IMG/VR virus record: IMGVR_UViG_3300020392_000018
Span: 1-57,767 of that record
From: a virus
Lineage: Duplodnaviria > Caudoviricetes
Strand: one strand, 5' to 3'
DNA: 57,767 bases
Shown here: in pieces, positions 19,201 through 28,326 of the stretch
Numbering within the stretch: the first letter of the stretch is position 1
How the letters are laid out: each line of letters opens with the position of its first letter
The notes under the pieces: generated by a model
Database searches by the model: none
The model's input: only the letters and a program-made list of their open reading frames with translations
Told to the model about the DNA's origin: nothing
Position numbers and translations under genes: made by a program

Positions 19201-21933
19201 ATCTCCCGAAACAGTAGTTCCTGTTAAGACAACATCGTTATGTAAGCGAGATTGAAAGTGTGCATCATTTAACATATTAGAAACATCGCTTATTTCATAT
19301 CCAATTGCATTTTCATGTGTGCTTCCGCTACTACCAACTAATCCATCTCCTTCTTCTCCTGTAGAAGTAATCTTAACACCGGAGTTAAAGAACAGACCTT
19401 TGTTAGAAGCACCGCTTAAACTAGTTGTTGAATCTACTAATGTGCTTGTAGCCAATGCTTTGTTTAGTAAATAATTTTTATTAGTTTCTTTATATCCTTC
19501 TAGTGCCGTTCCTTCTGCTCTAGCATTATCTACTAAAGTAAAGCCTGTTCCTGTTAGAGTAGAGGCAATCTCACCAATATAACTCATCATACCCGATGAG
19601 TGTTTTAGATGAACTTTAGTTCCTGCTGTTAATGTTATACTGCTCGACGAAGTTAGTGTTTTATTAGCAAAACTACAAGTAAAGTTAGCACCAACACTTT
19701 GTAATTTATTGTATGGGCTTTGGGTTGAATAAATGATGTCTTGAGAAAATAATGTGTTCTTAGTTATAACAGGAGAAATCAACTTTCTAATATTACTTCT
19801 CCCTGCTAATTTTACTTGTGTTAGACCGTTTTCCTTGAAGTTGTCTATTCTTTCTACTGCCCCATGTAATTTTTCAACTAGAATAGCATACTTTCCTTTC
19901 ATGTAGTCTAACATAGTTCCTTGAGAATGATAGGCCGCTTCATTGCTTGTGCTACCATCCGAATCAAAATATGCTTTATCAGAAAAAGATAAAGTTAGTA
20001 ATTTTTTATCAACATCTACTGCGCTTACTATGGCATACAAAAAGGAAAATTCTTTCGAGAAAAACTTTACCCGAAGCGCACTATCTCTATTTGCTACCAA
20101 TGGAAAATCTGTAAGTAATGTTTTATCTTTTTTATTGTAAGCCCTTCTTTCAAGAACGCTATCATTTGCTAAAGTGTAAGAGCCTGTTGTGAATATTGAT
20201 TCAGTTTCTAATCTATTTTCACTTCTAAAAGTAATACTTTGAGTCTTACCACTAATAGACGCTATGCTTTGCACAATAACTATTCTTGTGCCAACTCTAA
20301 CTTCATCCCCAACATTTAGATAACTTCCTAAATCATGGTCTGTTGTTGTAGCATAAGTATTGCCGCTAGTGTTGGAAGTTATTACAGCACCTATTGACTT
20401 AAATTCGTTCATATTACTACTAAATAATTGATGTCTAATTCTAAGAGGTTCTTCATCTCCTATCTTCTTTGTTAATATTCTAAACGGGTCTGCTAATTTA
20501 ACTTCGGCCAATGTTCCTTTTGCTCCCATAGATTCAAACAACAATTGGTCTAATACATTACTTGATAGATTGGCTTTATCTTTAGAAAGAGCATATGACA
20601 AATATCTATATGGGCCATTATAGTCTTGTGTTGATGTAGTGTTAGTTAAAGCATCATTATCATCTCTTCTAGCATTAGTAAAACATGCGTCACTTGTAAA
20701 TGGAGTATATGCTAATATTGTTTTTCCTTCATTACTAGTGTGTGTCGCAGGATTATCTTGATTTTTTAAGTTATCAACAAGTTTAGTTTTTAGAGTGTAT
20801 TTACTATAATCTATAATATCTGTTCCGAAATCGGGAGTAGTTGTAAAAAAACTTCTAGTGTTTATTGCATCACTACTAGCCGATACTCCAACAAAGTCTA
20901 GTTCAGAAAATAACATATTATATTTTTTGTTATGGTCGAGTTCATTTTTTTTATCTAAGTTTTCGTTGAAAAAATAAAACAGTGGCCTCGCTACTGAAAC
21001 AGAAGCAGAAAGAGAGTTTTTAATTCCTAAACCAATTGCCGCTATTGTTTTATCTGTCGGTATGGGCGTAGAATATAGTTTAAACTTAACATTCTTTGCT
21101 ATCTCATTCCCTAACTTTGGTCTAAACTCAAACGAGTCTCCGCTAATATCATCAGTAAATATTTCCGAAACTTTAGCAAAATGGTGTTTATTTTCATCAT
21201 CGGAATGAATCATTACAAATAAATGGGTAGTCGTTAAATCAATACTGTTTAGTCTCACTCCTGTTTGACTTATAACATCAAAACACTTTATTCTAATTCC
21301 TTCTGTTGTCTCTAAATTTCTGTGTTCTATTCCCAAAACAAGGATAGCACCAGTGGCACTAGTTGTTGCTTTTTCTGTTAATGTAAATTCTGTGCTAGAA
21401 CTTATGGACTTTATTCTAGCATTTTCTGTAGCAAAACCTGTGCCTTGAACAGATTGCCCTACATACAAATTATTGGTATTGCCACTAGATAAGACTACAG
21501 TTGCACTACCTTGAGTAACATTACAATTTGCTAATGTTGTTCTACCAACGGCTGTTAAATTAATACTACCGGAGTTTTCTTCTATTATCGCTACTCCGAA
21601 ATTATCTACTGTAGAACCATTAGAAGTGGGAGATAGCGCACTAACACAAAGTTGTGGGTTGGTTGGAACATCAAACGCTGTTCTAGTAAATGTAAGAGTT
21701 CCAGTAGCACCACTACCGCTTGCTTCCCTACTCATTGTTATGTTAGTGTTAGTTGAGATAGCAGTAACTATTGCGTTATTCTCTATGTTAGTTCCACTCA
21801 CTTTCATGCCTATTAGTATATTACTAGTATCACTAATCGGTAAAGTTTCACTACCCGATGTAGCAGTCGTTGTAGATTTAGTTACCGTAGCGGTTGGCCT
21901 ACTCAATGCAACTAAAGTAGAAACTTCTGTCAT
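13237..21933 (-). CDS. Giant tail protein (2898 aa; hub/central-fibre-like)
   Basis: Repeated [LI]xVGMxVxGTxI beta modules; C-terminal FNEIIVFG...SIEKKGRKT...A..LL...VGDIITV hub-like region; tail module position. Confidence 0.75.
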   Translation of the reverse strand: MTEVSTLVALSRPTATVTKSTTTATSGSETLPISDTSNILIGMKVSGTNIENNAIVTAISTNTNITMSREASGSGATGTLTFTRTAFDVPTNPQLCVSALSPTSNGSTVDNFGVAIIEENSGSINLTAVGRTTLANCNVTQGSATVVLSSGNTNNLYVGQSVQGTGFATENARIKSISSSTEFTLTEKATTSATGAILVLGIEHRNLETTEGIRIKCFDVISQTGVRLNSIDLTTTHLFVMIHSDDENKHHFAKVSEIFTDDISGDSFEFRPKLGNEIAKNVKFKLYSTPIPTDKTIAAIGLGIKNSLSASVSVARPLFYFFNENLDKKNELDHNKKYNMLFSELDFVGVSASSDAINTRSFFTTTPDFGTDIIDYSKYTLKTKLVDNLKNQDNPATHTSNEGKTILAYTPFTSDACFTNARRDDNDALTNTTSTQDYNGPYRYLSYALSKDKANLSSNVLDQLLFESMGAKGTLAEVKLADPFRILTKKIGDEEPLRIRHQLFSSNMNEFKSIGAVITSNTSGNTYATTTDHDLGSYLNVGDEVRVGTRIVIVQSIASISGKTQSITFRSENRLETESIFTTGSYTLANDSVLERRAYNKKDKTLLTDFPLVANRDSALRVKFFSKEFSFLYAIVSAVDVDKKLLTLSFSDKAYFDSDGSTSNEAAYHSQGTMLDYMKGKYAILVEKLHGAVERIDNFKENGLTQVKLAGRSNIRKLISPVITKNTLFSQDIIYSTQSPYNKLQSVGANFTCSFANKTLTSSSSITLTAGTKVHLKHSSGMMSYIGEIASTLTGTGFTLVDNARAEGTALEGYKETNKNYLLNKALATSTLVDSTTSLSGASNKGLFFNSGVKITSTGEEGDGLVGSSGSTHENAIGYEISDVSNMLNDAHFQSRLHNDVVLTGTTVSGDATITALSSTVNLFAGMEVLGTNIPTGTTVSSITNSNTLELSANATGSATGVSLTFSNKATFDTVNTLIDFEIVNTKSAGENKGTIVTIAPYNPLTLGRVDINYANTQDTDFTLVGKLTHNMTIARRFIEVDSDTALSSFNNIRGEKNLHGKPLFVNGKFLANILQVEKDINITISASTADGDATLTVNTSKLSVGMVIDDTTHSNIPSSTTITVVGSDSVEMSNDADNTDPSGHLNIPTEFSLASNQCRIILDREVGVHTFIRASIVAGSPVIKNVDTEKLFVGMKVVGTGLAVGTTYLIESINKEERSITLDNNAELTINITTAFTASFQSGMPIDRLEGHHNQDDVRETTKFTHELNLLNGGHLHGGKNIALLHPQVNQLNVNNITSVLDFKLEAEHPVMYQSGTRAHGLSTSARVDRLGSYQSQFGSSNYRLINLEKGNFNKSKQLLFDNSTMYEDQTSKIKYYASAYRYNAGQYVDGIRQDNIIGTDICQRNFIGEGRIETVSGNSVIDITVEAFISGSTNSFFHNVFKVGQKITGTGIPDNTFIGATVGDGASGDLVLQAKLVTLEGTAVNATASNTSITASFFSFDNKRILESRGFLPSIGDRFFEPTTLEQFHSNPFELTQFRQGGKPKIFYTPHAHTKLATYGPSSYPNLRPTNNNKVKHLNSHQYRDKFEQIDPKIARMFLFSNSDLLPYSSTRKDSLLNRTKDRNIVNYSLLTVGELNITNHSELKEGSKGITNTISALDDSYRQHNILSAFDNKEINKLRRFSIMRLTELVFDCFYNQFDPENIPESTKNIGSINLYPQHTITSLNMHVTNVSGKVLTVAANPTTTVQPEDIIVDRAGRFIGVVASTSSNSITLIDKPHRTIISGATNAVAHYQPTVPRQDGSAPNGAIMYICVIKHATTNQALEQVIACQTVNGSKTVTVLVAGNMDKIHVGMTVTGSGVQTTFTDRVASIDFASNQFELLFNSNSSQNPTNLTFRNKQGTANISGYNTQNDFIQGDGDINPMQFVTMRGLASDGGGFPNNYVSAFTPQGQGTGTGAARGNNDSGYGGNSANFCDTSFSDRVGVNAMGGSVTNFAQDNSIILPMVLTSERFSYFSWLAEFSKFTGTTSLASMTNFSPFPMMSELANTLSTPQSTQSAFGVTKHNASNFQNMVHKATVRKYQGFIPVFLDRWGITGGNGAKVDIGMAATKIGSARNLNIDGSIKQEIRYGLSTVTRTRDTEGSVIGDQIGFATKTLSTDRFNGGRPASGTPTDFNTDKEYDDDADGVFGGFKPTLRIDVGFKTPCVFNTVTATAARLEDTDNRIHDDEEFTSLGGGSEVYLYVDSPNVPFFTRTHEISTFPTPDTVTMSNNATISGTADTTFSRNKVGTKKATNGTDVTVLAFTDYFLTTNAGSNNTSETHIRADNPLWLSHVDLTGCYLVSEEVKVDDGDGGVEDYETANKGGSRSIDNVLSHNASIDLGTPKYILYVISHEIDTTRRDRTHILTVSGNFPSEKSSALDPSRLKTFRIMQPNHTCFYDFSPKKIRLNQLSSQYTKKPKDNLTYTTINNFIYGDKLGSRNDEGNNEGVLSMYVAVDVDGQTSENNIVITNPVNMKDNIMTEGKLQMNFSDGDNNNFTTVDFTDAGNEIGFEMTLENQKELLGIVSVSETMDVLVGTNDSINAKRAIIGSAVSVCQDADKLINEILEENDVEFNLTESTYPYFVAPNYRGVDLFSAIKFLMNKKDKILIENNEQFTVEESASSNFFPNILFTTANTDTRIYSYSREKSQFDLFNEIIVFGRTHRAIRKELRSIEKKGRKTLQVFENELITQEDVDKRATELLRIHNDEGFGLKINVGHKGVSQLRVGDIITVEIPEENIPKSEFIVLEIQHNLRGTMDLELGSYTKGLEDRFAELAIENRNVNNKIREDSFNDNQNIFDFIEEINVKPIKFKIQKKSTPAGAFTLGTNSTDSETLNTNTNALNIGVTTFTTLLEEEF

Positions 21934-23036
21934 TCATCTACCTCCTCGAATCTAAAATAGAATAATGCATTATCTAAATTGGGTAATAAGTTGTTTACAA
22001 AAAATTGTTTTTTGGTGGTATTAACCATAGACATTTCGTGTAGTTCGCCCATAAATTGCTTATTGGCAGTAGCACTTCCCGCCCCCGTTCCATTATTGCT
22101 AGAAGCACCGATAAAGTAATCTTCTTGCGCCATAGAAAAACTACTGGTTGTAGAAATAGTTTCTTTTTTTTGCACAATACCATTCAAAAATAATTGAAGT
22201 TCTTTTGTGTTATTATCATAAACACATGCTATATGAAATTGATTATTGATATAACTAGCGTCTTTGAAAGCAGGAATAAAAATATTAGTGCTACTACTAA
22301 TACTACTAGAAGGTGCAGTATTCAATATAATTCTATTAGGGCTAGAGGCTAAAGAAGAGATAGTTCCTAACGAAGTAAAATTAAAACCATCTCTTATGAA
22401 TACTTCTTGGTCTTCGTGAAACTTAGCAGTTGAAGCGACAGGTATTGTTTCTGCGCTGTTTGTTCCATTAGTTACTCCTCCGACAACATGAGTTATTCTT
22501 CCTGCATTATCAAACCCTTCTAAAGTATCGGCAGTATAGAACCAACCGACTCCTGTTGTAGCATTAATAACCGTGTCATCAGTTGATACACTGTGAACAG
22601 TTCCTCCTATTTTCAAATCTACTTTAATTTTATATTCCGATGGTTGATTTTCATTATGTAATGTAGAATTAACTAAAGAAATTGTGAAATTAGTGCTAGA
22701 AAAAATATTCATTTCATGCACTAATCTATTAGCAATTGGCATATATTCATTACTTTGAAAGTCTGCACTAGAAGCATTACTAAAAATTACAGTAGGCATG
22801 ACCTTTTGGGTGCTAGTTGTCGTGGGTCTTGCTGTTGCTGAATATTGCCCGAATCCATTTATGTCATAAGGCGTTAAAATAGCCTCAAATGTAAAACTAC
22901 CTGTATGAGAAAATATGCCGTATGCTTGATTATCTGAAGTGCTAGGAACATTGTCGCTATAATCTATTCTAACATGACCATTACACATGACAGGGAAGAT
23001 TAATCCTCGCTGTTTTCCAATAAGCACATCATACAT
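21930..23036 (-). CDS. LamG/concanavalin A-like tail protein
   Basis: FTFEAILTP, FHIACVYD, LFLNG, FMGELHE. Confidence 0.7.
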   Translation of the reverse strand: MYDVLIGKQRGLIFPVMCNGHVRIDYSDNVPSTSDNQAYGIFSHTGSFTFEAILTPYDINGFGQYSATARPTTTSTQKVMPTVIFSNASSADFQSNEYMPIANRLVHEMNIFSSTNFTISLVNSTLHNENQPSEYKIKVDLKIGGTVHSVSTDDTVINATTGVGWFYTADTLEGFDNAGRITHVVGGVTNGTNSAETIPVASTAKFHEDQEVFIRDGFNFTSLGTISSLASSPNRIILNTAPSSSISSSTNIFIPAFKDASYINNQFHIACVYDNNTKELQLFLNGIVQKKETISTTSSFSMAQEDYFIGASSNNGTGAGSATANKQFMGELHEMSMVNTTKKQFFVNNLLPNLDNALFYFRFEEVDE

Positions 23037-23044
23037 ATTATCAC

Positions 23045-23704
23045 CTATGGAACTATAATTGCTGTTTCAAATTCTAAATTAAAAGTCAATTCAAAAGTTT
23101 CTGCACTAATATCGCAAGAGAAACTTCTAACGAAGCCTGTTAATCCTGTGTCTGTAGCAGAATCGGGGAAAGAAGATATTTTACTCGGAACATTAGTATT
23201 ATCTAATTCATTATCATCTCCTCTTGAAGCAAAATTAAAAGGAACGAAAGTGCCTTCATCTCTATCACTTGTCGCATCTATTGTAGTTCCGCTATTTACT
23301 CCTGTTCTTTGATTATAGTTAGAATCAACAAACGATGGAATTAATATAACTAACTCATTAAATGCTTGATTCTCAGCAAAACCTGTAGAATCTACGCCCG
23401 AAGAAATCATTTGTGCAACTTCGTGCGCTGTAAAAAATCTATCTTTTAATGTTCCATCAAATGTTTTTTTGATTCTTTGGTCTAATATTACTCCACTAAC
23501 CGATATTGTTTTTTGAGCCATACCTAAATCCAAAGCCGCAGTTATGGACTCTCCGGTAAATACACCGGAAAGGGGAACAGGGAAAGCGGGTATAGTTTTA
23601 CTAACAGAAATACCAACAGAATTAGCCAACAATTCTATTACATTTGTTTCAAAACCATTTGAAGAACTATGCGATTGTAATTTTAAGAAAACACCTTGAG
23701 CCAT
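23045..23704 (-). CDS. Putative distal tail protein
   Basis: Directly downstream of tape measure; beta-rich. Confidence 0.5.
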   Translation of the reverse strand: MAQGVFLKLQSHSSSNGFETNVIELLANSVGISVSKTIPAFPVPLSGVFTGESITAALDLGMAQKTISVSGVILDQRIKKTFDGTLKDRFFTAHEVAQMISSGVDSTGFAENQAFNELVILIPSFVDSNYNQRTGVNSGTTIDATSDRDEGTFVPFNFASRGDDNELDNTNVPSKISSFPDSATDTGLTGFVRSFSCDISAETFELTFNLEFETAIIVP

Positions 23705-23708
23705 TTTA

Positions 23709-25382
23709 TCACCTCAACATTCCGCTAGAAGATACACTTCTGTTAATCTTATTTGTTATCATATTACCAACTTGGTCTGCTATTCTTCTAAGTTCCGCAT
23801 CGGAGGTATCTTTAGCATTAATTGTAACATTGACATGATTATTTACCGTATTACTTTTCATCATTCCAGAACTTTGAGTATTGTTATGAACTCTAGCACC
23901 CGCAGGTAAACTTACTAATTCCGGCCCACCTTCACCAACAACTGCCATACCACCACTAGAAACACCACCGCTAGCAAAGAATGGTATGCTACCTGTTAGT
24001 TTTTTAATAGCCGCCATAATAAAAGCCCCAACTGCAACTGCTATCAATAAAGGTATAGCATAAATAGCGGCTACTGTTAGCATTTGAATCGCTATTTGTT
24101 TAACAACATACGCCGCTAAAAAGATAAATAGTGCTTTCTTTGCTATGTTAAATACGGCACTTCTAAAATCGTCGTCGGTAAAGAACCTATGAATAATATC
24201 TAATCCTGTATAAAATACTCCTATTGCTAATGCTAGTAATCCTTTCAACACTACTTTAATTATTCCTAGTCCTATTAACATTAAGTTATCAACAAACTGT
24301 AAAGCATAATCTATGAATGTATAAATATCTCCCGATAATAAAGCACCTATCATACTAAATACTAACATAATATTTTCTAATACTAATGAAGCAATATTCT
24401 TTATGTCATCCACCACTCCCATTTCACTTAATATTCCTAAAGCATCATGGATGAACTTAGCCAAAACTAAGAATGCCAATATGCCTAACATTAACATTAT
24501 TAAAACTTTAAATGCATAATTAAGAACAGGCTTCATAGTTTTTTGAAGACCAACCATTCCTTTCCTATACCTTAAAGTTTTTTTAGCCATTTTTTCTTGA
24601 AATTTTTTCAATTTATCTCCTTGTTTGAAACTAGCAAGCATGTTATCTCTCATGTCTTCAAATAGAGTTTTCTCAACTTCTGCCGTTCCCTCTTTTGTTG
24701 CTATTGTTTTTGTTCCTCTTTTTTTACTCAAAAAGAAATCAGTTTTTCTTAGTGCTTCTTGTTCTGCTTTTATGTCGGCACTTATGCCTGCTCTACCTGC
24801 TTCAGTTTTCATTCCTTTTTGAAACTGTGCAACTTTTTGTGCTTCTTCGAAAACCTGCGCTTGTTGTTTTCCTTTTTCTATAAGTTCGTCTAATCCTTTT
24901 ATCATTGCTTCATTAACATCAACACCCTCTAATATTGCTACATTATACGCTAGAGTTCCTTTGATTGCTTCTCTTATTTGTTCATTTTCTTCGGCATGCT
25001 TTAGACTAATTATTCCGGCTTGTGTGCTTTGTTGTTCCCTCAATGCGTTTAGTTTTTCTAACTGAGGTTCAAGAGTTTTAAATGCTTGAACTTGTTGTAT
25101 AACTGCGTCATTTTGTTCTTTTGCTAACTTAGCATTTTGTTGTGACGCTTGTTCTATCTGTCCTAAAATGTCAACAAACGCTCTAAATTTATTTTGTAGT
25201 CTCCATAATGGACTACCGGAAACAAGCCTAGCAAAAATAGTCCATTTTTTACCTGCTTTACTAGTAGCATCCGATACTTCAATAAGTCTCTTTGTAAAAC
25301 CTTTGAACTCAACGCCAGCAGTTAAAGTGACCTTATTTAAATCACTAAGATTACCTGCTAGTTTTTCGATTTCATCGGCCAT
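23709..25382 (-). CDS. Tape measure protein
   Basis: Helical and hydrophobic; C-terminal FASGG...VVGEGGPELV motif; follows tail chaperones. Confidence 0.75.
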   Translation of the reverse strand: MADEIEKLAGNLSDLNKVTLTAGVEFKGFTKRLIEVSDATSKAGKKWTIFARLVSGSPLWRLQNKFRAFVDILGQIEQASQQNAKLAKEQNDAVIQQVQAFKTLEPQLEKLNALREQQSTQAGIISLKHAEENEQIREAIKGTLAYNVAILEGVDVNEAMIKGLDELIEKGKQQAQVFEEAQKVAQFQKGMKTEAGRAGISADIKAEQEALRKTDFFLSKKRGTKTIATKEGTAEVEKTLFEDMRDNMLASFKQGDKLKKFQEKMAKKTLRYRKGMVGLQKTMKPVLNYAFKVLIMLMLGILAFLVLAKFIHDALGILSEMGVVDDIKNIASLVLENIMLVFSMIGALLSGDIYTFIDYALQFVDNLMLIGLGIIKVVLKGLLALAIGVFYTGLDIIHRFFTDDDFRSAVFNIAKKALFIFLAAYVVKQIAIQMLTVAAIYAIPLLIAVAVGAFIMAAIKKLTGSIPFFASGGVSSGGMAVVGEGGPELVSLPAGARVHNNTQSSGMMKSNTVNNHVNVTINAKDTSDAELRRIADQVGNMITNKINRSVSSSGMLR

Positions 25383-25383
25383 G

Positions 25384-25596
25384 CTACTTACCTGCGTTCT
25401 TTTTTACTTTGTCAAGTTCTTCTTGTTTAACTTTTTCCATATTAAAGTGAACCATTAATAAATCCATCACTAGACTCGATGGCATTTTATAAATTTCTAA
25501 TGGACTTATAGATAGTGCCGTAGCCAATGTATAAGTCATAATTAAGAATACTGTTTTGGGATTACTCTTTTTTCCCTTAATAGCATTCTCAATCAT
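25384..25596 (-). CDS. Tail assembly chaperone, frameshift extension (gpT-like)
   Basis: Lies in the -1 frame from slippery site A AAA AAC; directly upstream of tape measure. Confidence 0.7.
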   Translation of the reverse strand: MIENAIKGKKSNPKTVFLIMTYTLATALSISPLEIYKMPSSLVMDLLMVHFNMEKVKQEELDKVKKNAGK

Positions 25597-25958
25597 TCGT
25601 TTTTTTCTTCATCCTCCTGTAAAGCATTCATAGGATTTGGTAAAATTTCTTTTAATTGATTGCCAACATAAGGGCTTAGCCTTAGCATATCAAGTGTTGA
25701 GAGTGATGGTTCTGTTTTTGAAATAAAATTTTCGACCATATAACGATACATAGCATTAATATCAATATCTACATTTTGTGTTCTAGTGTCTATTTTCATA
25801 ACGCTATTCATGGCTTTTTCAGCCTCTAGCCATGTGGGTTCTTTTACCCACACTTTTAGATATTCTTCTTGGTCGGGTGCTACTTTAACATAGTGTAGCG
25901 TAGGCTCTTGTAGCGCAAATAGCGCATCTTTATTCTGTATTACTTTCTTTTCAGTCAT
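25593..25958 (-). CDS. Tail assembly chaperone (gpG-like)
   Basis: Between tail tube and tape measure; ATG 25958 after GGTGGA; ends GAA AAA AAC GAA TGA. Confidence 0.72.
   Translation of the reverse strand: MTEKKVIQNKDALFALQEPTLHYVKVAPDQEEYLKVWVKEPTWLEAEKAMNSVMKIDTRTQNVDIDINAMYRYMVENFISKTEPSLSTLDMLRLSPYVGNQLKEILPNPMNALQEDEEKNE
25599..25605 (-). other. -1 programmed ribosomal frameshift heptamer A AAA AAC
   Basis: Correct codon phase; -1 frame reads K-R-M-I-E-N-A-I-K into ORF 25384..25596. Confidence 0.75.
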
Positions 25959-26012
25959 ATTATCCACCTTCAAAACCAACAAACAAACAAACGGTGTTGG
26001 TGGAATTTATGT

Positions 26013-26138
26013 TTATTCGGCCTTTGGAGTTTCTTTTTTTGCCTCCTTAGCCTTCTTTTTTGCATCAGCCTTTTGTTGGGCTTTTGTCTTTTTTAGTCTT
26101 TCAGCGACTAGTTTTCTTTTTTCTTCTTTAGAAACCAC
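26013..26138 (-). CDS. Small Lys/Ala-rich protein (41 aa, not in track)
   Basis: GTG start after GGTGA; MVSKEEKRKLVAERLKKTKAQQKADAKKKAKEAKKETPKAE*. Confidence 0.55.
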   Translation of the reverse strand: MVSKEEKRKLVAERLKKTKAQQKADAKKKAKEAKKETPKAE

Positions 26139-26142
26139 TTAA

Positions 26143-27786
26143 TCACCCCTGTAAGACCCAATGAGTTTTAACTGTGCAAGACTCTAATGTTCTTGGCATA
26201 ACTGTTCCTTCTACTGTAATTGGCCCTTTATCATCAGGTATTGTAAAGTTAGCCGCACTTAAATAGTAATCTTGTAATTTGATTAATATTTGCTCTCCAT
26301 TTGCTTTATCGAATTGTAGAGTAAGAAGAGTATCACTTGGACTACCTACTTCTGTTTGTTCTAATAGTTCTTCGAATAACCTATCATCTGTTACCATAGC
26401 AGTAAAAGAAACTTCATATGTTCTTTGAGCAGGTATAGCATCTTTAATTGATTTATTACCAATACCAATAAATCTTTTATCTTGTAGATTGTTATTTATT
26501 GTTAGGGTCAAGTTTGTAACCTTTAGGAATTGTTGTCCAAATACACTAAACAAACCACTTGAGAAAAAGAATGGTTCTAAAAATTCTTCATCAAAGTCAG
26601 TAGTGCTATTATCATTGGCTTGTTCAAAGTTAAACAATTGTCTATTATCCGATATACCGCCTCTTGCTTCATACGACTCTTGTTTTCCTAATTTATGAAC
26701 TGCCCTTGAATTTAAATCTAAAGTCATTTTAACTTCTTCATTTTCATTAGCCGTCATAGTTAATGTATTGACTCTATTGCCTCTTGCTATTCTAACAAAA
26801 GTAGTGTCTTCAAAATCATTAGCAGTATTTGTAGTTAATGTGCTAGATTTAGCCATAGTTTGTTCTAAAGCAAAAGAAGGTAGTTTTTCTCCATTTGCTT
26901 CTTTGAAAGTATATGTAATCAAATGGTCTGTTCCTGCACCCGTAGTTCCGTCAGTTATCGCTCTTTGTAATAATTCTAAATCACTTGTAGCGTCTAAAGG
27001 ATGAAGGATAGGAGGCATTAGCGTAGTTCCACTTCTAATTGATTTGTAAAATATTGGCCCTTGTTCTAAAAATTCGGTAACATCATGGTCGCTAGCCGCG
27101 CCACCATTTGCGGCATCAATATAAACAAACCTTCTATCATCAACAGAACTTGTGTCGTGAGCAGTAAATAAACTACCTGCGGCTTGATTTTCTAAAGTAG
27201 CATTAACATTAGTGCAACGACCTAAAGCGTAATACAAAAATGCACCGTGATTAGTCACTAGTGCTAGATTACCTCCACTAGCAGTTTCGATACCTTTGTA
27301 TTGATGAGTAAAGTTTCTTGAACTACCCAAAGATAAGTTAAGTTGTTTCATTTCAACTTCTAAGTTAGGAAATGTAGCACTTTCTAAAAGACCTAGCCAA
27401 TTATCAGCATTTAATCTTTTAACAGAAGCATTTTTTGGACCAACACAAGGCGCACCATATCCTCTAATGTGTATAAAATCACCATTTGCTAGAGTGATTG
27501 AGTGAGCAGGACTAATTGTTATATCTTGATGGTCGTTAGCAGTAATAGTATGAGTTGATGCAGGAGTGGTTGTTGAAACATCATTGTCATATAATTCAAG
27601 AGTGCAACCAACATACAAATTGTTTACTAATAAATATAAATTTTCAAAATCTCCATGAGTTCTAAGTTTGACTTTATTTGTAAAGCCTGTTCCCGATGCG
27701 CTATGGTCTATATTGATAAATAAATCTACTTCGGGTATCATTGTTAAACTTGCTTGGCTTCCTAAAAATATGTCTTCTGTTGTCAT
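26143..27786 (-). CDS. Major tail tube protein
   Basis: LPSFALE, RVNTLTMT, LTINNNL...RTYEVSFT tube-like pattern; synteny. Confidence 0.72.
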   Translation of the reverse strand: MTTEDIFLGSQASLTMIPEVDLFINIDHSASGTGFTNKVKLRTHGDFENLYLLVNNLYVGCTLELYDNDVSTTTPASTHTITANDHQDITISPAHSITLANGDFIHIRGYGAPCVGPKNASVKRLNADNWLGLLESATFPNLEVEMKQLNLSLGSSRNFTHQYKGIETASGGNLALVTNHGAFLYYALGRCTNVNATLENQAAGSLFTAHDTSSVDDRRFVYIDAANGGAASDHDVTEFLEQGPIFYKSIRSGTTLMPPILHPLDATSDLELLQRAITDGTTGAGTDHLITYTFKEANGEKLPSFALEQTMAKSSTLTTNTANDFEDTTFVRIARGNRVNTLTMTANENEEVKMTLDLNSRAVHKLGKQESYEARGGISDNRQLFNFEQANDNSTTDFDEEFLEPFFFSSGLFSVFGQQFLKVTNLTLTINNNLQDKRFIGIGNKSIKDAIPAQRTYEVSFTAMVTDDRLFEELLEQTEVGSPSDTLLTLQFDKANGEQILIKLQDYYLSAANFTIPDDKGPITVEGTVMPRTLESCTVKTHWVLQG

Positions 27787-27815
27787 GCTTTATCTCCCCT
27801 CTCCTTACAAACTTA

Positions 27816-28325
27816 CTAGGGAATACTTAATGCGAATCGTTTTGTCTCTACTGTCAATTTATATCCAAATAACCTCTTTGCCCTGTCGTTACTTTCACTT
27901 CTTGACCCTACAAACACTTGATGAAATTTAGAACCATCACTTGCAGTATATCCTCTACGACCTCGCTCAAGCGTATGACGGGCTATCAAGTATAAAGCCT
28001 TTAGCCTGTCTTTACCAAAGGCGGCATCTGTTCCTGCTCTTTCATCATGTATTGTTCTTATGTGCATTGTAAATGAATGTGTTTCATTTCTCACATCAAA
28101 GTGGACTGTTGGATATTCTAAACTTTGTGAGTCTTCAAAAAATACAATCACATCTTTAGCAGTTAAATCATATCTAACTCCTCTATTCTTATCTAGTGTT
28201 CTAACATCAACGAAATTAGGAGTCCCTGCATGGTCAGCAGTTATCTTTCCTTCGCTAATTAAAGTTGTAACAGAAGAACTCCATTTACTTGAAACTAAAT
28301 CTATAAGTAAACTTACTTCATCCAT
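27816..28325 (-). CDS. Putative tail terminator/completion protein
   Basis: Size and position between adaptor and tail tube. Confidence 0.5.
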   Translation of the reverse strand: MDEVSLLIDLVSSKWSSSVTTLISEGKITADHAGTPNFVDVRTLDKNRGVRYDLTAKDVIVFFEDSQSLEYPTVHFDVRNETHSFTMHIRTIHDERAGTDAAFGKDRLKALYLIARHTLERGRRGYTASDGSKFHQVFVGSRSESNDRAKRLFGYKLTVETKRFALSIP

Positions 28326-28326
28326 A

